Shown here one piece after another: positions 36,137-45,719 of a stretch of DNA of 64,000 nucleotides. The stretch is from Collinsella sp. Its GTDB lineage: Bacteria > Actinomycetota > Coriobacteriia > Coriobacteriales > Coriobacteriaceae. The position numbers and the translations under genes are program-made. The notes under the pieces were generated by a model. The model did not search any database. It was not told where the DNA came from and saw only the letters and a program-made list of their open reading frames with translations. The stretch's first letter is position 1. Every line of letters starts with the position of its first letter. Where the stretch lies: contig JAGZNZ010000002.1 in the NCBI GenBank assembly GCA_018363345.1, positions 13,529-77,528 of the forward strand, given 5' to 3'.

Positions 36137-37594
36137 CTAACCGATCCAGCTGGCCGAAAGCGGGCCGCTGACGACGACCATGATGATGAGCACGATGAAC
36201 ACGAACGCCATAGCGCGGGGAAGCGGAGCTCCCGCAGCGACCTCTTCGCTCGGCTCGCCGGGCAGGCAATAGCCCATCCACTTAAGGAACCAGGCAAAGG
36301 TGGCGACGGTCTCGGCGACCATGATGCACACGAGCACCAGGATTGCGACGTTGCCGGCACCCACAGAAAAGCCGCCGGCGATGATCTGGAACTTCGAGAA
36401 GAACGTGTTCATGGGCGGCACGCCGGCAATGGCGAGCGCCGCGACACCAAAGCCCACGCCCGAAATCGGGTACTTCTTTACGATGCCGCGAAGCTTGGGC
36501 AGCATACGCGTGCCGAGGGTAAAGGAGAACGAACCGGCGATCAGGAAGAACAGGGTCTTGGCGAAAGCGTGGTTAAAGATGTGGCACACGGCACCGTCAA
36601 AGGCCAGCTGGCTGCCAAAGACCGAAAGGCCCAGGCCAAAGAACACATAGGAGAGCTGGGCGATCGTTGAGAAGGCCAGCAGGCGCTTCATGTCCTTTTG
36701 CGGCAGGTACATAAGGAAACCAAAGAGCATGGTGACCATGGCGTCGATAATGGCGACCCAGCCCACGATCTCGGGAACCTCTCCGGCAGAGACGAGCGCA
36801 CGCGCGAACACGCACACGCCGACCTTGACCATCGAGGCGCCATGCAGGTAGGCCGAAACGGGCGTCGGCGCCTCCATGGCCGAAGGTAGCCACATGTACA
36901 TGGGAACCTGTGCGGACTTGGCCCAGGCCGCAAACAGCACGAGCAAAAGGACGATAGCCTTGAGCTTGGCATCGAGGCCGGCAATCGCGGTAATGGCGAA
37001 GGTGCCGGTGTGGGCAAACACGATGGCGGCGCCCAGATACAGGCCGAGCGCACCGATATGCGTGATGATCAGGGCCTTCATGCCGGCCTTCTTGGCCGTA
37101 GGCGACATGTAGTAGCTAATGAGGCCCCAAGAGCACGCGCCCGTGATCTCAAAGAACACGAGCTGGCCCAAAAGGGTCGAGCTGTACACGAGGCCGGCCA
37201 TGGCGCCGATGAAGGTCGCGAGGTACGCGTAGAAGCGACGACGCGGCGCATCGGGATGCTCACGGTTATTCTCGCTCATATAGGGAATCGAATAGATCAC
37301 GACAAGCAGGCCGATACCCACAAAGGCGGGCGCGAGCAGCGTGCTCATGCGATCGAAGGTGAATCCCATGACGAGGGTCTGCCCAAACGAGATCAGGGGG
37401 ACCTGCGTGTCGGGCATGCCGGCGCCGGCGAAATTCGCGGCGAGGGCGATGGTGCAGACCGTCGAGACGGCGGCACCCAAAACGCTGAACCACTTGGCGT
37501 ACGGACGGGGGAACAGGGCGACGAGCACCGAGGCCACCATCGGGGCCGCGATAGCGACCAAGCCGAGAAGGGACAGACTGACTGAAAATGACAT
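36137..37594 (-). CDS. hyfD: Antiporter-like membrane subunit HyfD (NuoM/NuoN-like).
   Basis: 485-aa polytopic membrane protein with the WLPSAMEAPTPVSA motif. Confidence 0.8.
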   Translation of the reverse strand: MSFSVSLSLLGLVAIAAPMVASVLVALFPRPYAKWFSVLGAAVSTVCTIALAANFAGAGMPDTQVPLISFGQTLVMGFTFDRMSTLLAPAFVGIGLLVVIYSIPYMSENNREHPDAPRRRFYAYLATFIGAMAGLVYSSTLLGQLVFFEITGACSWGLISYYMSPTAKKAGMKALIITHIGALGLYLGAAIVFAHTGTFAITAIAGLDAKLKAIVLLLVLFAAWAKSAQVPMYMWLPSAMEAPTPVSAYLHGASMVKVGVCVFARALVSAGEVPEIVGWVAIIDAMVTMLFGFLMYLPQKDMKRLLAFSTIAQLSYVFFGLGLSVFGSQLAFDGAVCHIFNHAFAKTLFFLIAGSFSFTLGTRMLPKLRGIVKKYPISGVGFGVAALAIAGVPPMNTFFSKFQIIAGGFSVGAGNVAILVLVCIMVAETVATFAWFLKWMGYCLPGEPSEEVAAGAPLPRAMAFVFIVLIIMVVVSGPLSASWIG

Positions 37595-37609
37595 TGTTTC
37601 TCCCTTCTC

Positions 37610-38536
37610 CTACACGCCGACGACCACGAAGACAAACGCCAGAACGGCGATGCCCACGACGGCCCAGGTCTGATTGCCGAGCACCTTAAAACGCGAGCGC
37701 GAGCAGGAGTTCTCGATCACGCCGCATACGACAAAGTCGATCAGGCACTTCACCAGGAAGATGACCGCGCCCAGAACGGCGGCGGCGCCCACGGTCGCGG
37801 GCTCGCCCCAGGGGACGAAGATCGCGCAGAACCAGGCGACGACCAGGACCTGCTTCATGGACATGGCGAGCTTGGCCATCGCAAGCGACGGGCCGGAAAG
37901 CTCGGCGAGCGGGCCTTCCTGAAGCTCTTGCTCGGCCTCGGCCTGATCAAACGGCAGCTTGCCGAGTTCCATGTAGCAGGCAATCGCAAAGGCGATGCCG
38001 GCGAGGATCACGGCGACCGGCGCGTCGATGGCGCCCGTCATGATGTGCTGACCCATGGTGGCGATGTCGGTGGAACCGCACACCAGGGCGGCGGCAAACA
38101 GCGCCAGTAGCATGGACGGCTCGATGAGAACGCTCATGAGCAGCTCGCGAACGCCACCGACACCGGCGTAGGCGTTGGACGAATCCACGCCGCAGAGGGC
38201 GAAGAAGAAGCGGGCGAGCGCCAGGCTGTACATGATGGTGATGGCGTCACCAAAGACCGGGATGGGACTTTGTGCCGTAAAGAGCGGCAGGCCCATAGCG
38301 AGCATAAAGGCGACGGCGAAGAACAGCGGCGGCATAATGCGCAGCGCAAAGCTCGCGTCCTCGCTCTGGGACTCGGGGCGCGCAAAGAGCTTGGCCAGGT
38401 CGCGGTAGTCCTGCATGATGCTGGGGCCGCGACGGTTGTGCATCTTGGCGCGAATCACGCGACCGAGACCGGAGAAGAACGGCGCGACGGCCATGACGAC
38501 CACGCCCTGCAGAACGGCAAGTACGATGTTGTTCAT
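37610..38536 (-). CDS. hyfC: Membrane subunit HycD/HyfC (NuoH-like).
   Basis: 308-aa polytopic membrane protein. Confidence 0.85.
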   Translation of the reverse strand: MNNIVLAVLQGVVVMAVAPFFSGLGRVIRAKMHNRRGPSIMQDYRDLAKLFARPESQSEDASFALRIMPPLFFAVAFMLAMGLPLFTAQSPIPVFGDAITIMYSLALARFFFALCGVDSSNAYAGVGGVRELLMSVLIEPSMLLALFAAALVCGSTDIATMGQHIMTGAIDAPVAVILAGIAFAIACYMELGKLPFDQAEAEQELQEGPLAELSGPSLAMAKLAMSMKQVLVVAWFCAIFVPWGEPATVGAAAVLGAVIFLVKCLIDFVVCGVIENSCSRSRFKVLGNQTWAVVGIAVLAFVFVVVGV

Positions 38537-38548
38537 GCTCTCCCCTCC

Positions 38549-40567
38549 TTAACCCATTTGCACGGCGAGCACGAGGAACACCACGAGTGCCGCGACGATG
38601 TAGCAGATATAGATGCTGTAGTTGCCGCCCTCGAGCTTAGTCGCGAGGTCGGCGAGCTTCTCGACACCCTTATGCGGGGCATCGACGAGAACCTTGTCGG
38701 GTACGGGCTCCACAGCCTCGGCCACACCGGTGAGCTTCTGGAAGAAGTGCGCGATGGACCAGCAGACGGCCGTGCAGCGGTCGCGCAGCGTGTAGAGCGG
38801 CTGCATAAACCAGGAAACCTCGGAGGCAAAGGTCGTGGCCACGACGGGCATATGCTCGTTGGGAGCATAGCCGCATGCCCACGGCTGGGACTTCTGCACC
38901 TTGCCGACGGTCTTGAGCTTGCGATAACCGCAGGCAAGGCCGACAAGCACCACGAGCGCAATGGCGATCGCAGGCGTGGAGGTGGCAGCGCCGGAGTATT
39001 GGTTCATGAGCTCCATGCCCTCGGTGGCAAACACGCCACCGTACGGATGCAGCACGGACGCGGCGACATCGACCAGCACGGGCGCGATCACGGGAGCGCC
39101 AATGCCCAGCACGACACAGATGGCCGCGAGCAGGCCCTGCGCAAACACCATGGGGGCGGGAACCTCCTTGGCATTGGCCGCGGCCTCGGAACGGGGCGCG
39201 GAGGCAAAGGAGACACCATAGGCCTTGACGAAGCACGTGACGGCCAGCGCGCCGGTAATGGCAAGCGCGACGGCAGCGAACACCGCCACGATCATGACGG
39301 CCTTGTCGCCCTGCATGGCGGCATTAAAGAGCGACTGGTAGGTAAACCACTCGGACACAAAGCCGTTGAAGGGCGGGATGGCCGAGATGGCAAGCGCGCC
39401 AACGAGGAAGCAGATGGCCGTTGCCGGCATACGACGGAACAGGCCGCCCATCTTCTCCATATTGCGCGTACCCGTGGAGTACAGCAGCGCACCGGCGCCC
39501 AGGAACAGCTCGCCCTTAAACATCGCGTGGTTGAACGTGTGGTAGAGGGCGGCCATCAGAGCCAGGACGGCGATGCCGACCGAGTTGAGCGCCATGGCGG
39601 CCATGGAGGCGCCGACGCCGAGCAAAATGATGCCGATGTTCTCGACGGAGTGATAGGCCAGCAGGCGCTTGATGTCATGCTCCTGCAGGGCGAAAGCCAC
39701 GCCGAGGACCGACGAGATCGCACCGAAGACCATGACCATAAGGCCCCACCAGACCTGAACGCCCGAGGCGGAGAGCAGGTCGAGGCCCACCTTGAGGATG
39801 CCGAAGATACCGATCTTGATCATGCCGCCGGACATAAGAGCCGACACGTTAGACGGCGCCTCGGGATGTGCCTTGGGCAGCCAGCCGTGCAGCGGGATGA
39901 TACCGGCCTTGGCGCCAAAGCCAAAGAAGGCGAGCACGAAGCACACGGATGCGACCGCGGGGCTAAACTGCGTGGCGCGGAAATCCGCAAAGGCAAACGA
40001 GCCGCCGGCGAAGTTGGTCATGGTGAGGAAGCTCGCCATGATGAGCACAAAGCCCACGTGCGCGATCACAAAGTAGAGCCAACCGCCATGGATGGAGTTC
40101 TCGTTCTCCTCGATCACGACCAGGAAGTAAGAGGTCAGCGACATGAGCTCAAAGGCGACCAGGAACCAAAACACGTTGTCGGCGGTGATGACGAGCATCA
40201 TGGACGCCACGAAGGTGTTAAAGAAGAAGCCGGCGCGGCCCTTTTTGCCCGGGTACTCATCAAAGTAGTTGAGACCGTAGATCGAACCGGCAAACGCGAG
40301 CACCGAGATGAGTGCCACGAACAGACCGGACAGCTGATTGAGCAGCAGCTGGAAATGGGCAAACGGGAAGAACACGATGGTGTCGACCGACGCGACATTG
40401 CCCAGCACGGCCTGGATACCGGCCACAAACGAAAGCACCGCGGCGACGGCGCCGACAAGGCAGCCGGCGTTCTTGGCGGCGTTATCGGCTTTGATCAGCA
40501 GAACCGAGGCGAGCGCACCGATGCACGAGACGGCAAGCGATGCGATAAACAGCGTCATGCTATCCAT
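38549..40567 (-). CDS. hyfB: Antiporter-like membrane subunit HycC/HyfB (NuoL-like).
   Basis: 672 aa (the E. coli HyfB length) with the WLPKAHPEAPS motif. Its start overlaps the hyfA stop by 8 nt. Confidence 0.85.
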   Translation of the reverse strand: MDSMTLFIASLAVSCIGALASVLLIKADNAAKNAGCLVGAVAAVLSFVAGIQAVLGNVASVDTIVFFPFAHFQLLLNQLSGLFVALISVLAFAGSIYGLNYFDEYPGKKGRAGFFFNTFVASMMLVITADNVFWFLVAFELMSLTSYFLVVIEENENSIHGGWLYFVIAHVGFVLIMASFLTMTNFAGGSFAFADFRATQFSPAVASVCFVLAFFGFGAKAGIIPLHGWLPKAHPEAPSNVSALMSGGMIKIGIFGILKVGLDLLSASGVQVWWGLMVMVFGAISSVLGVAFALQEHDIKRLLAYHSVENIGIILLGVGASMAAMALNSVGIAVLALMAALYHTFNHAMFKGELFLGAGALLYSTGTRNMEKMGGLFRRMPATAICFLVGALAISAIPPFNGFVSEWFTYQSLFNAAMQGDKAVMIVAVFAAVALAITGALAVTCFVKAYGVSFASAPRSEAAANAKEVPAPMVFAQGLLAAICVVLGIGAPVIAPVLVDVAASVLHPYGGVFATEGMELMNQYSGAATSTPAIAIALVVLVGLACGYRKLKTVGKVQKSQPWACGYAPNEHMPVVATTFASEVSWFMQPLYTLRDRCTAVCWSIAHFFQKLTGVAEAVEPVPDKVLVDAPHKGVEKLADLATKLEGGNYSIYICYIVAALVVFLVLAVQMG

Positions 40568-41177
40568 TGTTTACGCTCCCTTCTGCTTTCTCGGACAGGC
40601 CCTGGGCCACAGCGGTGACGTCGACGGCCGGACCGTTTTCGATCGAGCGCAGGCGCTTGGCCTCGTCGAGCTCGCGATCGGCCGCGCCGCCCATGACGGT
40701 CAGCGCCTTGGTGGGGCACGCCGCCACACAATGCGGGCCGTCCGGATCGAAGGCGCACAGGTCGCACTTGACAGCGCAGGTGTACTGGCCGGGAGCCCAT
40801 GTAAGCAGGCTGCTCAGGGACTTAGGATACGAAGGCGTCGGGTCGCACATGCCTGCGACACCGGCGATAGACGTGCCATCGGGATGGATGGCTCCGAAGG
40901 GGCACGCGATGGCGCACAACCTGCACCCGATGCACTCCTGCTCCTTGACGTGGATGCGGTCGCCATCGTGCTCGATGGCATTCACCGGGCAGACCTCGGC
41001 GCAGGGGGCACCCTCGCAATGGTGGCAGGCAAGGGCGGCCGAAATACCGCCGGTCTTCACGAGCGCCAGGCGCGGCGTATCCTGAAGACCCTGCATCCGG
41101 TGGGCGTCGGCACAGGCGGACTGACATGTTCCGCAGCCGATGCACCTCTCCGGGTTGATGTCGATGAAGCGGTTCAT
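40560..41177 (-). CDS. hyfA: Electron-transfer ferredoxin HycB/HyfA with 4x[4Fe-4S] motifs.
   Basis: CIGCGTCQSAC, CHHCEGAPCAEVCP, CIGCRLCAIACP and CDLC...CVAACP motifs. ATG at 41177 has an AAGGAAG RBS. Confidence 0.85.
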   Translation of the reverse strand: MNRFIDINPERCIGCGTCQSACADAHRMQGLQDTPRLALVKTGGISAALACHHCEGAPCAEVCPVNAIEHDGDRIHVKEQECIGCRLCAIACPFGAIHPDGTSIAGVAGMCDPTPSYPKSLSSLLTWAPGQYTCAVKCDLCAFDPDGPHCVAACPTKALTVMGGAADRELDEAKRLRSIENGPAVDVTAVAQGLSEKAEGSVNNG

Positions 41178-41189
41178 CCCCACTTCCTT

Positions 41190-41239
41190 TCAAAATAACG
41201 GGCCGGGCTCCCGAACGTACGGGACGCCCGGCCCAAAAA
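41190..41239 (-). terminator. GC-rich hairpin (stem GGGCCGGGC/GCCCGGCCC) followed by GTTATTTTG on the minus strand, between fdhF and hyfA; possible partial terminator or attenuator.
   Basis: Read directly. Confidence 0.4.
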
Positions 41240-41255
41240 GCCAACGAGAACGGGA

Positions 41256-43478
41256 CTACACGATTTGATTCACGTGCGTCTCGTCGTCGAACTTGGCGGC
41301 GCCGGGCTCAACGTCCTGGGGAGCGGCGGCGTCGACCAGAGCCTGCTTGAGCTCGGTGTACTGACGCTCGACTTCGCCCTCGGCCCAGACCTGGTCGGCG
41401 ATTGGATCGACCTGACAGGCGGAGAACTTGTCCTCGGGCGTATGCGAGACCGGGTCGACCTTGTGCATGGTCAGCTCGTTGCACTTGCCGATCCACCACT
41501 GGTAGGTCATATAGACCGTGCCCTTGTTGATACGGTCGCTCACGTCGGCGCGGCTGTATACCTGGCCGCGGCGGCTGTGAATCGAGACGATGTCGCCGTT
41601 CTTGATACCGCGCGCCTGGGCATCCGCGGGATTCATGCGGACAAAGCCGGGCTCGTCGGCGAGCAGCGCCAGCGTCTTGCAGTTGCCAGTCATCGAGCGG
41701 CAGCTGTAGTGGCCGACCTCACGGACGGTGCACAGGATGAGCGGGTACTCATCGTCGGGAAGCTCGGAGGGCGCCTCCCAGTCGTGCGCCATCAGGTTGG
41801 CGCGGCCGTCCTTGGTGGTGAACTTGCCACCAGCGAACATGTCGGGCGTACCGTGGTCGTTCACATCGGTGCTCTTGACGGGCCACTGGGCGTAGCCGCC
41901 CTCGGGAGCCATCTTCTCGTAGGTCGCGCCCACAAAGTTGGGGCACAGGCTAATGCACTCGTTCCAGATCTGCTCGGTGTTGTCGTAGTGCATGGGATAG
42001 CCCATACGCGTGGACAGGTCCGCGAAGATCTCCCAGTCGTGACGGCACTCGCCCTTGGGCGGAACGGCCGCGTCAAAGTGCTGGAAGCTACGGTCGGATG
42101 CAGTAAAGACACCCTCGTGCTCGCCCCAAGAGGTAGCGGGCAGGATGACGTCGGCGAGCATGGTCGTCTGCGTCATAAAGATGTCCTGGCAAATGAACAG
42201 ATCCAGCTCGGAGAGCGTCTTGCGCATACCGGCCGAATCGGGCTCGGTCTGCACCGGGTCCTCGCCGTAGTTGTAGAAGCAGTGCACCTTGCCCTCGTCG
42301 ACCAGGTGACCCAGGTCGGTGAGCTTGTAGCCCTCCTCCAAGGGGAGCTTTTCCTCGGGCACGCCCCAAGCCTTGGCAAACTTGGCGCGAGCGGCGGGGT
42401 CGGTGACTTTCTGGTAGCCAGGGTACAGGTTGGGCAGCATGCCCATATCGCAGGAGCCCTGGACGTTGTTCTGGCCACGCACGGGCGCGAGGCCGGAGTT
42501 GGGTTTGCCGATCTGGCCGGCAACGCAGGCGATGGAGGCGATGGTGTGCACCGTCTTCAGGTTCTGCTTCTGCTGGCATACGCCCATGCCCCAGCCAATG
42601 ATGGCAGAAGGCTTCGCCGTGGCGTACATCTCGGCAGCTTGGTGGATCAGCGCGGGATCGACACCCGTGATGTCCTGTACGGATTCGGGAGTGTAGTTCT
42701 TGATGGTCTCCCACCACTCGTCAAAGCCGTTCGTGTGCTCGGCGACGAATTCCTTGTCGTAGAGGCCATCGTTGACCAGACAGTTGGCAAAGGCGTTGAG
42801 GAACGCGACATTGCAACCGTTCTTGATCGGAAGGTAGATATCGGCGATACGCGCAGTTTCGATATGGCGCGGGTCGGCGACGATGATCTTGCAACCCTTT
42901 TCTTTGGCTCGCACGATACGCCTTGCGACGATGGGGTGCGAATCGGCAGGGTTATAGCCGAAGAGGAAAATGCAGCCCGCATCCTCCATACCGGGGATGG
43001 AGCATGACATGCAACCTGAACCAACCGTGTCCATCAGACCGAGGACAGTAGGGCCGTGTCAAGTACGGGCGCAGTTGTCCACGCTGTGGGTGCCGATGCA
43101 CGCACGCGTAAACTTCTGCATGACGTAGTTCGCCTCATTGCCGCCGCCTCGCGAAGAGCCGGTGGTCATGACAGCGTTAGGACCATATTCGTCAATTATG
43201 GCCTGCATCTTAGATGCGGTGAAATCCAGTGCCTCGTCCCAGCTTACGCGCTCAAGATCCGCGCCCTTGGTGCGGCGGATCATCGGGTGCAGTACGCGAG
43301 GAGTCAAGATCTTGGTGTCGTTGATGAAGTCGTAGCCGCTCATGCCCTTAAGGCACAGCTCGCCCTGATTGGTGATGCCGTTGAGCGGTTCGGTACCCAC
43401 GACCTGGCCGTTTTGGACCAAGAGGTTAAACTGGCAACCGGCACCGCAGTACGGGCAGATCACTTTATGCTTCTCCAT
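41256..43478 (-). CDS. fdhF: Formate dehydrogenase H (FdhF) selenoprotein: a single ~740-codon frame with an in-frame UGA (selenocysteine) at 43059-43061.
   Basis: The two track ORFs 43059..43586 and 41256..43034 are one frame: ...VDNCART-U-HGPTVLGLMDTVGSGC..., matching E. coli FdhF VDNCARVUHGPSVA. N-terminal CPYCGAGC [4Fe-4S] motif. ATG at 43478 has an AAGGAGG RBS. Confidence 0.9.
43021..43052 (-). promoter_or_regulatory. Candidate bacterial SECIS hairpin starting 6 nt 3' of the fdhF UGA (mRNA CCCUACUGUCCUCGGUCUGAUGGACACGGUUGG; apical GGUCUG as in the E. coli fdhF SECIS).
   Basis: Hand-folded; imperfect stem with GGUCUG in the apical region. Position and motif resemble the E. coli element. 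Confidence 0.4.
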
Positions 43479-43501
43479 GACACCCTCCTTCCTTTCTCTG
43501 C

Positions 43502-43517
43502 TACCGATTAATCGGTA
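43502..43517. promoter_or_regulatory. Perfect 16-bp palindrome TACCGATTAATCGGTA in the fdhF leader, 24 nt upstream of its start codon.
   Basis: Read directly; candidate operator. Confidence 0.3.
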
Positions 43518-43554
43518 CGTATTTGACAATCGTCGGGCCTGTATGGCCGCCCGC

Positions 43555-44073
43555 CTACGCCTCGTTTTCGATGGTGGCGCGGGCACGCTCGGCAGTCAGC
43601 TCCGCCAGGCGCTCCTCGTCTACCAAGGTGAGGCCCTTGGTCGGGCACGCCTCGGCACACGCCGGACCGCCGGGACGGTCCACGCACAGGTCGCACTTGA
43701 GCACGAAGCTCTTAGTCTGCGAACCCACGCGCACGTCGCCCATCAAGACGGGGACCTGCGTGGTCGCCACGCTCACGGCACCAAAGGGGCACGCCATGAC
43801 GCAGCTCTTGCAGCCGATGCAGTTGTCCTCGTTAACGCCGATGCGATGGTTCTTTGGATCAAAGAACAAGGCACCCGTGGGGCAGGCCTTAGCGCACGGG
43901 GCATCCTCGCAGTGATGGCAAGCCACCGGTGCGGAGATCTCGTACGTACGCGTCACGCGCAGGCGCGGCGCGGCGATGTTGCCGGGGATGTCGTGCGCCT
44001 CGATGCACGCCGCCATGCAGGTTTGGCACCCAATGCAGCGTGAGGAATCGGCTACGACTCGTTTATTGCCCAT
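43555..44073 (-). CDS. HycB-like 4x[4Fe-4S] ferredoxin (electron-transfer subunit upstream of fdhF).
   Basis: CIGCQTCMAAC, CHHCEDAPCAKACP, CIGCKSCVMACP and CDLC...CAEACP motifs. ATG at 44073 has an AGGAGGGAG RBS. Confidence 0.8.
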   Translation of the reverse strand: MGNKRVVADSSRCIGCQTCMAACIEAHDIPGNIAAPRLRVTRTYEISAPVACHHCEDAPCAKACPTGALFFDPKNHRIGVNEDNCIGCKSCVMACPFGAVSVATTQVPVLMGDVRVGSQTKSFVLKCDLCVDRPGGPACAEACPTKGLTLVDEERLAELTAERARATIENEA

Positions 44074-44224
44074 GTTGTTCACTCCCTCCTGAATCCCATG
44101 CCGGAGAGACCCTGTCGACGTTGTCCCAAGCCGCCCGTGACCTGGCATCGGCGTATCGAATGCATGCGGCGAAACAGGCACTCGGTAGAATTTCTCCAAC
44201 GGTATACAGGTTGAATATACGCAG

Positions 44225-44277
44225 TTGCAGGGGGTAAACTTGAGCGTAACCCCTGCAATACGTGTGTATTGCAGGGG
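44225..44277. promoter_or_regulatory. Two overlapping, mutually exclusive hairpins sharing a central arm: TTGCAGGGGG-N15-CCCCTGCAA-N10-TTGCAGGGG, in the divergent promoter region between the FHL operon and the toxin-antitoxin pair.
   Basis: Three copies of the 9-mer TTGCAGGGG or its complement, read directly. The second hairpin is followed by TTTGGG. Confidence 0.4.
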
Positions 44278-44500
44278 TTTGGGCTGGTTAGGATTATTCT
44301 TGGGTAGCTATAAAGATAAGTGTATTACACGCGTACGCCAAGAAAGATTTCGCGCTCGTTTATGCAGGATGTAGTACGTTTGTAATGTTGATCGCGCTCA
44401 ATTACTCTAGTGCAATAAAGTAGTAGTTATAAGATTGGCTATTACTAGCCGAAACTGTATGTGACTATTCATACTGCACGCTCATTAAGGGAGGCCAGTG

Positions 44501-44824
44501 ATGTCATCGACTCAAAAACGAGCCATCCTGCAGGTGCGCATTCGCGAGGAAGACAAGCAGCATGCCGAGCGTCTCTACGACGCCATGGGCACATCGCTCG
44601 CCGAGGCTGTCCGTCTATTTGTCGCGCAGAGCATTTTGATGCGCAAGCTCCCCTTTCAGCCGGTCGCCGTGCGCTCAAAGGACGGCACCGCCGCCTATGG
44701 AACGCTCAAAGCATATGGGGACCCCAATCGCCGCTCCAAGGAGCGCAATGCCTGGATTGAATACCTTGCTACAGAAAGCGACGATTCGATTTTGGGTCCC
44801 GAGGAAGTAGATATCCATGAGTAG
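44501..44824 (+). CDS. RelB/DinJ-family type II antitoxin.
   Basis: N-terminal ribbon-helix-helix-like QVRIREEDKQHAERLYDAMGTSLAEAVRLFVAQSI. GGGAGG RBS; 8-nt overlap (ATGAGTAG) with the downstream toxin gene. Confidence 0.65.
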   Translation: MSSTQKRAILQVRIREEDKQHAERLYDAMGTSLAEAVRLFVAQSILMRKLPFQPVAVRSKDGTAAYGTLKAYGDPNRRSKERNAWIEYLATESDDSILGPEEVDIHE

Positions 44825-45272
44825 CACCATCATCGACGAGACCGTCATCCTGCGCTATCTGCTCGACGACGACGAGGTCCTGTCGCCGCGCGCCGCCAAG
44901 GTCATCGCCACGCGCACCGCTCGTGTCTACCCCGAGATCATCACGCGCGTCGTGGTCACGCTGCGCGACGTCTATAAGGTTCCACGCGTTGAGATTGCTG
45001 CGGCCATGAAAAGGCTGATCGATGACGTCATGGTCGACGAGCCCACCGTTGTCGCCCTTGCCGTCAAACTCTTTGGCAAGACCCATATGGACTTTACCGA
45101 CTGCCTCCTCGCAGCCCGAACAGCCATCTACAACGATGATGTCGTGAGCTTTGGCAAGCCCATCATCCAAGGCATGATCGATTACCGCCGCAAGCGCCAA
45201 ACCGCAGCCGAAGCCCGCAGCCGCAGCATCGACTCCACCATCGACAAGCTCCGCCACCGCCCCCGCAGCTAA
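44817..45272 (+). CDS. PIN-domain (VapC-like) toxin candidate.
   Basis: N-terminal IIDETVIL...DDD and later DFTDCLLAARTA resemble the PIN acidic motifs. Translationally coupled to the antitoxin. Confidence 0.5.
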   Translation: MSSTIIDETVILRYLLDDDEVLSPRAAKVIATRTARVYPEIITRVVVTLRDVYKVPRVEIAAAMKRLIDDVMVDEPTVVALAVKLFGKTHMDFTDCLLAARTAIYNDDVVSFGKPIIQGMIDYRRKRQTAAEARSRSIDSTIDKLRHRPRS

Positions 45273-45292
45273 CCCCATCCCCTCCTAAGTTG

Positions 45293-45360
45293 CGGTGAAA
45301 TAGTTCCTAGATTAGGCTTATTCGCGCTTTTCAGAAATTAATTAACCGCAACTTCCAGGT
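45293..45360. repeat. Partial or disrupted copy of the AGTTGCGGTGAAATAG REP-like hairpin (intact left arm, truncated right arm AACCGCAACTT).
   Basis: Starts 20 nt after the PIN gene stop. Same terminal motif CCTAAGTTGCGGTGAAATAG as at 63813. Confidence 0.5.
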
Positions 45361-45405
45361 TGGCCATCCGAAACTGGCAGCCTTGGACCGCGAATCCTAC
45401 TGTTC

Positions 45406-45565
45406 GCCACAAAATGGGCCTATCTACTACGTTTAACCGATTACCCTCGACCATACAGAAATCCGAAATATCAAAACAGCTGGTAGACGGCTTGCCGATT
45501 TTCCGAAACTGCTGCTATGGTCGTCCCCTGCGGGCCAAACGTAGTAGATGGGCCGCTTTCGTGGC
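45406..45565. mobile_element. MITE-like element, copy 2 (160 bp; TIRs GCCACAAAATGGGCCTATCTACTACGTTTAACC / GGCCAAACGTAGTAGATGGGCCGCTTTCGTGGC).
   Basis: Same TIR family and identical length as copy 1 (7374..7533), with an unrelated interior. Confidence 0.6.
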
Positions 45566-45694
45566 TCAACACCAGACCAGTCATTTTGGGGCAGGGCTTT
45601 TTTTGACCACATTTCCCAGCCGATCGCCAGAGCAGTCAAAAAGCCCGCTCCAAATTAGCTACCCCGGCCTTTAATGGGCCCGCAAAAGCCAAAA

Positions 45695-45719
45695 GACAGT
45701 CCGTATTTAACCGCAACTT
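45695..45719. repeat. Right-arm-only copy of the REP-like hairpin (ACAGTCCGTATTTAACCGCAACTT), preceded by CAAAAAGCCCGCTCCAAATTAGCT, which matches the sequence preceding copy 7597..7661.
   Basis: Read directly. Confidence 0.45.

Noticed and set aside
41256-43586. Two separate genes or a pseudogene split by a stop codon (track ORFs 41256..43034 and 43059..43586)
   Set aside because: They share one reading frame through a single TGA whose context matches the selenocysteine site of FdhF. SelA, SelB, SelD and a tRNA-Sec candidate are present, so Sec read-through is the parsimonious interpretation.
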